NCBI GenBank assembly: GCA_003649205.1
Contig: QMRC01000002.1
Location: 20,770-84,769, forward strand
Source of the DNA: Thermoprotei archaeon
GTDB taxonomy: Archaea; Thermoproteota; Thermoprotei; Thermoproteales; B15-G16
Direction of reading: 5' to 3'
DNA: 64,000 nt
Shown here piece after piece: positions 57,226-64,000 of the stretch (positions are counted from its first letter, which is position 1; every line of letters begins with the position of its first letter). The translations under genes were made by a program, and so were the position numbers. Under the pieces are notes generated by a model that worked only from the letters and a program-made list of their open reading frames with translations, had not been told where the DNA came from and ran no database searches.

Positions 57226-58074
57226 TTACTTTCTCGACCTACTTGACCTACCTCCTCTAAACGTCAAAACTACCCCAAGAACGGTCAAGGCAATCCCTAC
57301 AATAGCTCCCAAACTAGGTTTCTCATTCAGTATGAGCCATCCTAGAGTAGTAGCACCATAAGGCTCAAAGGCCATAGCAGTTGTCACTAACGTCGCAGGG
57401 TAACGCCTCATAGCGTAGTTCAGCGCAGTATGGCCAATAGCCATAGGTACTAAACCCATGAGTACAAGGTAGACAATACTCTCCGCTCTAGTAGCTAGAG
57501 GATTTACACCCAGTACACAGCAGATAACACTAGTTACGAGGAACGCCACCAAGTAAACACTAACAACATACCCCATCGTATCCCTACTAGATTTACCCAC
57601 TACACGACCTATCTGGAAATAAATTGACCCAGCAACCGTAGCCGCAAAGGCAAGGATTACACCCATAGATGTTGCACCACTCCAAGGCTGAGAAAGCACG
57701 TAAATACCCAGTAACGTCACCACAACACCAAGCATCTGCAATCTCGAGAACTTCTCCCTCAAAACAACGTACTCAAAGGGAAGAGTGACCACAGGATACG
57801 AGATAACTATTCCACTCGCAGGAGCAATCGCCATGTAGTTCAAACTCTCAAGCCATAGAGAAAAGTGAATAGCAAGAGCAACTCCAGCAATCACCGTGTA
57901 CCAATCCAACCTCAGAGACCTCTTAAACACAGTCACATAGCACAGAAGCACAATCGAACCTACCAACAACCTCCACCAAGCAGCAACATAACCTGAAACA
58001 AGCGCCAACCTAGCCAAAACAGCTGCCCATGATATCGCAAAGATACCCAACACCAAAGACAACGCATATCTCAA
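57226..58074 (-). CDS. EamA/DMT-superfamily transporter
   Basis: 282 aa with 10 TM helices arranged as two EamA-like halves. Confidence 0.8.
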   Translation of the reverse strand: MRYALSLVLGIFAISWAAVLARLALVSGYVAAWWRLLVGSIVLLCYVTVFKRSLRLDWYTVIAGVALAIHFSLWLESLNYMAIAPASGIVISYPVVTLPFEYVVLREKFSRLQMLGVVVTLLGIYVLSQPWSGATSMGVILAFAATVAGSIYFQIGRVVGKSSRDTMGYVVSVYLVAFLVTSVICCVLGVNPLATRAESIVYLVLMGLVPMAIGHTALNYAMRRYPATLVTTAMAFEPYGATTLGWLILNEKPSLGAIVGIALTVLGVVLTFRGGRSSRSRK

Positions 58075-58163
58075 TCAGCTAGCACCTCAAGTACACCAAA
58101 TAGACCTAGTGGGTTACAAAAGGGTATCACAACTACTTACAGCAGAACTGAACCCAGCACCTT

Positions 58164-60365
58164 CTACTCCGAAGCCTTTACAAGGGCCTTTAGTAACCTC
58201 CTCACATCATACGGTGAAGGCACGTTGTACTTCGCCCTAGAAGGAACTATACCAACCCTAATAGTGTACGCATACTCAGGCAACGTAGCAAACATCTCCT
58301 CATCAGTCCTATCATCACCAATAGCCAGTATGAAGTCCCACTTCCTCTTCTTAAGCCAATTAAGTACAGCTCTACCCTTACTAATGCCCGCACTCCTAAT
58401 CTCTATAACCCTATTACCCTCAATAACCTCCAGGTTATACGTAGCTACTAAATTCGTGAGAAACTCCTTAAGTTCCTTAGCCCTAGTCTCACCGAGCTCT
58501 ACACCAGCTCTCCTGTAGTGCCAAGCAATGGAAAACTCCTTCTCCTCAATAAACGAACCTGGAGTCCTATCAACATAAAGCTCCAAAATCCTCCTAATCT
58601 CCCTCTTCCAATCACTCTTCAAAGGCACAGCAACTCTCCATGACCCTCCTCTCTCCTTAATCCACGCACCATGCTCAGCTACAAGACTTATGCCTAAATC
58701 ACCAAACCACTCATCGAGAGTCCTACGATCCCTACCACTAACTATCACAACCTCATTCCCAGGAGTCTCAGCAAGTCTCCTCAAAATCTCCACAACCTCA
58801 CCATCGGGTCTCGCGAGATCAGGTCTCTCAACAAGAGGAGTAAGAGTACCATCGTAATCCAGCAGAATTAACCTACTCCTACTCCTAACATAGTCACTAA
58901 CCAACCTCTCCTCCACATCTACAGTCAATACCTTAGCCTTTAACCTACTCTGCTCCTCCTTCACCTCATTAAGACTCTCAAGGAAATCATCAGCCCACCT
59001 AAAGACGTCGTACCTCTTCACCCTAAGCTGCATAAACCACATTCTCTTAGCTCTCTCATCCCTAGGCATCTCCAACGCCATCTTAATAGCTCTAGCCACC
59101 TCCTCCCTATTATTAGGATTGACTACAAGAGCCTCAACAAGTTCCAGAGACGCACCAGCCCCCTCGCTCAATATCAAAACTCCATCACCATCAACCTTAG
59201 ACGCAACAAACTCCTTAGAAACCAAGTTCATACCATCCCTAAGAGGAGTTATGAGAGCAACCTCTGCAACCCTGTAAAGCGCTAAGAGTTCCTCCACAGG
59301 AATGTACCTGTACATGTAGAGTACAGGACTCCAACCAGGTGTAGCATACTTACCATTGATCTTACCAACAAGCTCATCAATCTGCTTCTTAAGCTCAACA
59401 TACTCTTCCACACCCATTCTAGAAGGAGAGACCACCAGCACAAAGACAACCTTACCCCTATACTCAGGATACTGCTCCAAAAACAACTCATAAGCCTTAA
59501 GCCTCTGCACAATACCCTTCGTGTAGTCAAGTCTATCAATTGAGAAGATGACCCTCAATCCCTTAAAGGTCTCCCTGAGAGCTCTATACCTCTCCTCAAC
59601 CTCTGGCGTATTGAGAAGCTTGATAAGCTCCTCGTAGTTTATACCCATCGGAAAAGCATCCACCTTAACCACACGCCCACTCACATAGATCCTACCCAAG
59701 ACATGGTCAAAACCCAGAAGCCTCCTCACACTACTCAAGAAGTGCCTTACATAGTCATAGGTGTGGAACCCCACTAGGTCAGCTCCGAGAATTCCCTGTA
59801 GTATCTCCCTTCTCCAGGGTAGTAAGCGGAAGACCTCCGACGATGGAAACGGTATGTGTAGGAAGTACCCTATAGGGACGTCATCCCCCAACTCCCTACG
59901 AAGCAACTCAGGCAACAGCATGAGGTGGTAATCGTGAATCCAAATCACATCACCAGGCTTATAGATCTGCAGTACCGCCTCCGCAAAAGCTTTGTTAACA
60001 CGAACATAAGCATCCCAGTACCCAGGCTCATACCGTACCTTCTCAGAAAAATAGTGGAAGAGAGGCCAAATAATCTTATTACAGAAGCCATAGTAGTAAT
60101 CCTCTATGTCTTGCCTCGTGAGGAACACCGGGTACAAATTCTTAGAGGCTAAGACCTCCTCAATCCTCCTCCTATCACTCCAACTAATCTCCTCCAGAGG
60201 TATCCCCGGCCAACCAATCCATATACTGGAACCCCTACGGTGAACAGCCACAAGACCCGTCGCTAAACCACCTGTACTAGGCTCAACTACAGGTCGTCCA
60301 TTCTTCCTAACAACCTTCACAGGTAACCTATTAGATACAAGTATCAACCTATTCCCAGGCCGCAT
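58164..60365 (-). CDS. tpsp: Bifunctional trehalose-6-phosphate synthase/phosphatase (TPSP)
   Basis: N-terminal GT20 blocks are LILVSNRLP, IWIHDYHLMLLP and FLHIPFPSSE. The C-terminal HAD phosphatase has LLDYDGTL and GDDRTDEEMF. The start is taken at the ATG giving MRPGNRL. Confidence 0.9.
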   Translation of the reverse strand: MRPGNRLILVSNRLPVKVVRKNGRPVVEPSTGGLATGLVAVHRRGSSIWIGWPGIPLEEISWSDRRRIEEVLASKNLYPVFLTRQDIEDYYYGFCNKIIWPLFHYFSEKVRYEPGYWDAYVRVNKAFAEAVLQIYKPGDVIWIHDYHLMLLPELLRRELGDDVPIGYFLHIPFPSSEVFRLLPWRREILQGILGADLVGFHTYDYVRHFLSSVRRLLGFDHVLGRIYVSGRVVKVDAFPMGINYEELIKLLNTPEVEERYRALRETFKGLRVIFSIDRLDYTKGIVQRLKAYELFLEQYPEYRGKVVFVLVVSPSRMGVEEYVELKKQIDELVGKINGKYATPGWSPVLYMYRYIPVEELLALYRVAEVALITPLRDGMNLVSKEFVASKVDGDGVLILSEGAGASLELVEALVVNPNNREEVARAIKMALEMPRDERAKRMWFMQLRVKRYDVFRWADDFLESLNEVKEEQSRLKAKVLTVDVEERLVSDYVRSRSRLILLDYDGTLTPLVERPDLARPDGEVVEILRRLAETPGNEVVIVSGRDRRTLDEWFGDLGISLVAEHGAWIKERGGSWRVAVPLKSDWKREIRRILELYVDRTPGSFIEEKEFSIAWHYRRAGVELGETRAKELKEFLTNLVATYNLEVIEGNRVIEIRSAGISKGRAVLNWLKKRKWDFILAIGDDRTDEEMFATLPEYAYTIRVGIVPSRAKYNVPSPYDVRRLLKALVKASE

Positions 60366-60649
60366 CCACAAACCCCACCACACAGGTAAACACAGTCAGT
60401 ACCTTACTCTAGCCTCACGAGAAGGCACATACCTAAACGAAGTGAAATCCCTAAGCACCTTAACCAAGTACCTGAAGACCCTACAAACACATTCCCCTAT
60501 TTTAAACTACTCACATATGTAACTAAACACATCCACGAACGTAACACCCCACATCAAAACAACAACACACAACACCATACCATAACACCCAGCAATTCAC
60601 AACATAAAATTAATCACTCAGCACTATCCAAACAACTAGTTGTTTCCCC

Positions 60650-61432
60650 TCACGAGAAGAGTACTGTCCTCACAGCAGTTAAGATAGACATCGAGTAGTA
60701 CAGTAGAGCAGCTATAGCCCTAAGCTTCCTCTCCTCAAGTCTAATCACGAATCTAGCGGCGGTACTAGCGCCTAAGTACGTACCCGCTGCAAGAGGTAGT
60801 GCGAGAAGTACATCATACACTCCATGAGCTACGTACGATGTGAGCCCGAACGCAGCAGTAATACCGACCATCATCTTACTAGTAGCGAGAGCCTCCTTAA
60901 CACTGAGACCGAGAACAGCAATCAGTATGGGGACCTTGATGACACCACCACCAATACCTGTCGTAGCAGAGAGAAAACCAGCAAACATGGAGATAAGGAG
61001 AGCAAGCTTCAAACTCCTGGGAGGTCTCAACCGAGGTTGAAGGACAATTACAGTACCAGCAAGAGCAAGGGCGCAGGAAATAGCGAGAGCAACGTAGGAA
61101 CCAGGTAATCTCACAGCAACAAAACCACCGAGAACAGCACCAACAATAGTGACAGACTCAAGAACAAGACCAACCCTAACCCTCACCAAACCCCTCCTAA
61201 GGAACCTCACCAAACCACCAAGACCAGTACCGAGAACAGCAGTTAAGCTAGCAGAGACAGCGAGATGAGGCTCAACACCCAGCAAAACAAGGGTAGGAGA
61301 CACAACACTACCACCACCAATACCAAGAAATGTACCAATGAAACCAGCAATGAAACCAATCAAAACCAGTACAGGTAAGTAAGGCACCAAACCTAAACAC
61401 CACACAAAAAGCTTGAAGGTCAAGTAAATCAA
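60650..61432 (-). CDS. TauE/SafE (DUF81) family anion exporter
   Basis: 260 aa with ~8 TM helices and the repeated G-I-G-G-G motif (FLGIGGGSV, TTGIGGGVI). Confidence 0.8.
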   Translation of the reverse strand: MIYLTFKLFVWCLGLVPYLPVLVLIGFIAGFIGTFLGIGGGSVVSPTLVLLGVEPHLAVSASLTAVLGTGLGGLVRFLRRGLVRVRVGLVLESVTIVGAVLGGFVAVRLPGSYVALAISCALALAGTVIVLQPRLRPPRSLKLALLISMFAGFLSATTGIGGGVIKVPILIAVLGLSVKEALATSKMMVGITAAFGLTSYVAHGVYDVLLALPLAAGTYLGASTAARFVIRLEERKLRAIAALLYYSMSILTAVRTVLFS

Positions 61433-61525
61433 TTACTGAAAGAGTAAGAAGATGAACCAAAGCGAGTAGAGAACTTTATGCACGTACCACACGTAGATAA
61501 CTAGTGAGTACGAGGTCTCAACCTC

Positions 61526-62077
61526 ATGTCAGAGCTAATTCAGGAAACAATACGTACACCCAAGGTGATTTAGGAGAAGATCAAGCAGCTAAATATCGAC
61601 CTAGATACCCTAGTAATAGAGCTACTAATCAAAGAGCTGAACATCAGCTCTAGAGAGGAGATACAGATACATCTACAACTTGCTCAAAAACACTTTGAGG
61701 AAGCAAAGAAGTACCTAACTGAAAATAATCTAGTTCAAGCTAGTGAGAAGCTGTATAAGTGTGCCGAGGAGTGTATTAAGGCACTAGCTATGAAGTACAG
61801 AGTACCTGAGGTTGAGGAATATCGTAGAGAAGGTAGGTAGTGGACGAAGCTCCTCTCAAGAGCAGCTAAGAGATTGGCAGCTACACTAAGTAGTGAAATC
61901 ATATGTATTGCATGGTCTATAGCATACGTCCTACATGTATGGGGATTTCACGAAGCATCACTAGAGGTATGTCATGTGAGTAGCTGTGTTAAGTACATTG
62001 AGCAACTACTCAAGGGAAACAATGAGGAGAGTAGAGGTACACAATACACAGTGATTTCACTTAGTAACAAGGTATAG
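61526..62077 (+). pseudogene. PaREP1-family gene interrupted by two in-frame TAG codons
   Basis: The single frame reads MSELIQETIRTPKVI*EKIKQLNIDLDTLVIELL...HLQLAQKHFEEAKKYLTENNLVQASEKLYKCAEECIKALAMKY..RREGR*WTKLL...AWSIAYVLHVWGFHEASL. The stops are at 61571-61573 and 61838-61840. Confidence 0.6.
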
Positions 62078-62170
62078 GTGACTAGAGGTGAGTTAGTGGT
62101 AAGGTAAGTGAAGATTTTAAGCTGAAGAACCACTGTATATGTAGGTCTAGGGAGTTATGAAGCTTGGAAG

Positions 62171-62230
62171 AATTAGAGGTAGAATAGGACACATATACCC
62201 AATTAGAAGGAGAGTAGGACACATATACCC
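62171..62230 (+). repeat. 2 x 30-bp tandem repeat upstream of the retropepsin-like gene
   Basis: aattagaggtagaataggacacatataccc and aattagaaggagagtaggacacatataccc match at 27 of 30 positions. The repeat ends 24 nt before the ATG at 62254. Confidence 0.85.
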
Positions 62231-62253
62231 GCTATCTAAGGTGAGGAAACTCC

Positions 62254-62679
62254 ATGGCAGTGAGGGTAAGGCTCAGGATTAGATGTCTTAAGTCGGGTAG
62301 AGAGGTAGTGACATCAGCTCTCGTCAACTCAGGTTTTGAAGCGGAAACACCACAACTACTCATACCGCGTAGATTAGCAACAGAGCTCAACCTCTGGCCA
62401 CCACCAGAAGAAGCAGTACTAATCGAAGTAGGTACAGCAGGAGGACCAGTACGAAACTACCTCATACCAAATGTAGCAGAGGTCTACGTAGAGACCCAAG
62501 ATAGAACCGTAGGACCAGTGAAGTGTGACATCATGATCTCTAGCTATGAGTACGAAGTACTCATAAGCGATAAGCTAGGAGGTGAGTTAGGGATCGTAAT
62601 CCTAGATCTTAGAGGGAAGTGGAGGTTCAGTGATGAGGATAAGGTAAGAGAGACAGAACCACCACAGTACTGGTTCTAG
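62254..62679 (+). CDS. Retropepsin-like (clan AA, DTGF-type family) small protein with NSGF in place of D[TS]GF
   Basis: 141 aa. ALVNSGFEAETPQLLIPRRLATELNL ... DRTVGPV ... VLISDKLGGELGIVILDL resembles archaeal AF_0612-type putative aspartic proteases. The family assignment is by eye only. Confidence 0.45.
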   Translation: MAVRVRLRIRCLKSGREVVTSALVNSGFEAETPQLLIPRRLATELNLWPPPEEAVLIEVGTAGGPVRNYLIPNVAEVYVETQDRTVGPVKCDIMISSYEYEVLISDKLGGELGIVILDLRGKWRFSDEDKVRETEPPQYWF

Positions 62680-62799
62680 TAGCATAACAGCATGAAGAAC
62701 ACCCTCTCTAGACCTCTACAGTAAGTGAGATGAACCATCACTTAAAAGGAGCACCGTACACTACTAAATCGAGACGAGAACACTAGCGGTGTTGACGCT

Positions 62800-63546
62800 A
62801 TGGGTAAGCTACGAGAGTACATGGAGCAGTGGTTCAAGGAGGCAAAACACGATCTAGAACTCGCTAAGAGATTTCGAAATGAACAACTACACCACGTAGC
62901 ATGCTTCTTCGCACAGCAAGCAGCTGAGAAAGCACTAAAGGCACTGTACTACATCTGTCGTAGACCACACCCTCGAACACATGACCTAGAGAAGCTGTAC
63001 CTAGAGCTACCACAGGAAGTACAGTCCATACAGCACGACTTCACCATAAAAGACCTAAGAACACTAACAGACTACTACGAGAAATCAAGGTACCCAGACG
63101 CCATCAGAGGACTACCCTCCGAGAAGATAGATAGAGAGGATGCAGACCTAACCATAGAAATAGCTGAGAAAGTAATTTCCTGGGTCGAGAAAATCATAGC
63201 AACACACCCCATTGAAGATCCTGATCCACAAGCCATAGACATAGCTAGAGAAGTAGTTCGAAAACTCAAGACAAAAATCACAGTAACAGAAGCATACGTC
63301 TTCGGAAGTAGAGTACGAGGAGACTGGAACACCTACAGCGACCTAGACATAGTCATAGTATCACCAAACTTCAAAAACCTCAAACCACTAGAAAGACTAA
63401 AACTCACACTAAACATCCTAGAAAACCTCAACACACCATACAGAGTAAACCTCTTCCTCTACACACCAGAAGAATTCAAAGAAGCACTCAATGGCGCATC
63501 ACCAGCAATAGTAGATGCCTCAAAGTACTGGATAAGAATAGACTAG
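62800..63546 (+). CDS. Fused HEPN - minimal nucleotidyltransferase (MNT) protein
   Basis: The N-terminal HEPN part has AKHDLELAKR..ACFFAQQAAEKALKALYY..RPHPRTHDLEKL..YYEKSRYPDA. The C-terminal NTase part has AYVFGSRVRGDWNTYSDLDIVIVS. Confidence 0.8.
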   Translation: MGKLREYMEQWFKEAKHDLELAKRFRNEQLHHVACFFAQQAAEKALKALYYICRRPHPRTHDLEKLYLELPQEVQSIQHDFTIKDLRTLTDYYEKSRYPDAIRGLPSEKIDREDADLTIEIAEKVISWVEKIIATHPIEDPDPQAIDIAREVVRKLKTKITVTEAYVFGSRVRGDWNTYSDLDIVIVSPNFKNLKPLERLKLTLNILENLNTPYRVNLFLYTPEEFKEALNGASPAIVDASKYWIRID

Positions 63547-63621
63547 AGCACAAACCTAAAGTAATTATAGGATAGTGGTAGACTCAACACCGACACGAAT
63601 TCCTGCAGACACAACTCAGCA

Positions 63622-64000
63622 CTAAGAACTATGATTAAACATCTGCTTGACTAAGTGAACTACCTTCTCCGCAATAGATAGGAACCTCCTTGCAGTACCC
63701 TCAGCAATCTCTCTCCAAGGCTTCCTCAATCCAGCATTAGGATACCTAGCAATCACGTAGTAAGGAGATAGCTCTGTCAACAACTCAACATCACTAACCT
63801 CTAGCTCTAAACCAGCTACATGAAGTAGCTCCAAGAGGTCATGACTTCTAGGAGGTCTAACTCTTTTAAATCCAATAATGTAAGCTTTCAAAGCCTTTTC
63901 TACAGCTTGATGTGAGAGGAATACAGCAAGATGGTAGCTACCACGCTTAAAAGCTTCTTTAGCCTCATTGAGATCAACTAGAGCACCCTCTAACCAATCT
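63622..64000 (-). CDS. HEPN-domain protein, 5' end beyond the window
   Basis: The frame stays open upstream of the track's TTG start all the way to the window edge: ..WLEGALVDLNEAKEAFKRGSYHLAVFLSHQAVEKALKAYIIGF..RPPRSHDLLELL..ARYPNA. Confidence 0.7.
   Translation of the reverse strand, partial: DWLEGALVDLNEAKEAFKRGSYHLAVFLSHQAVEKALKAYIIGFKRVRPPRSHDLLELLHVAGLELEVSDVELLTELSPYYVIARYPNAGLRKPWREIAEGTARRFLSIAEKVVHLVKQMFNHSS

Noticed and set aside
33710-61840. All four in-frame stops inside otherwise continuous pseudogene frames are TAG (33710, 33803, 61571, 61838), which could hint at TAG recoding.
   Set aside because: TAG clearly terminates many intact genes here (for example 617-1717, 6450-6749 and 8068-9519). 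No pyl-like context is visible. With only four events, chance is the simpler explanation.
62171-62230. A CRISPR-like repeat.
   Set aside because: There are only two directly adjacent 30-bp units with no spacers. No repeat-spacer array or cas genes occur anywhere in the window.

Overview
The window looks like a chromosomal segment from a hyperthermophilic crenarchaeon, probably Thermoproteales-like. The gene content behind that guess: a fused trehalose-6-P synthase/phosphatase, ThiDN, a PaREP1 relic, adjacent RNase P proteins Rpp30 and Pop5, two tRNAs that encode their CCA, and many C/D box sRNAs. No rRNA genes or CRISPR arrays are visible. I can support about 60 protein-coding genes, 2 tRNA genes (Pro-UGG, Gly-UCC), 8-9 C/D box sRNA candidates sharing one box grammar, 3 GC-rich structured non-coding elements, 3 pseudogenes (retropepsin-like, tyrosine-recombinase-like, PaREP1) and two tandem repeats. 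Housekeeping and metabolic genes include a sodium:solute symporter, a NOL1/NOP2/Sun methyltransferase, TldD/PmbA, a PPP phosphatase, a CPA2 antiporter, dCMP deaminase, three radical-SAM enzymes, isoaspartyl peptidase/asparaginase, ThiDN, a corrinoid protein, two YhhQ-type transporters, an Eis-like GNAT, formamidase and TPSP. The best candidate for an undescribed system is a tightly coupled four-gene operon at 38156-44565. It encodes a winged-helix protein, a 1245-aa P-loop NTPase with a long helical region, a 257-aa unknown protein and a NurA-like nuclease, with no HerA/Mre11/Rad50 context. Other points worth a second look: a sharp change in coding-strand composition at tRNA-Pro with a decayed A-rich block on its 3' side, a 110-nt near-perfect GC-rich hairpin, a promoter-equipped ~105-nt structured RNA beside an integrase relic, and a HEPN-rich islet at the right end. 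All functional calls come from motifs read by eye. No database search or folding computation was run.
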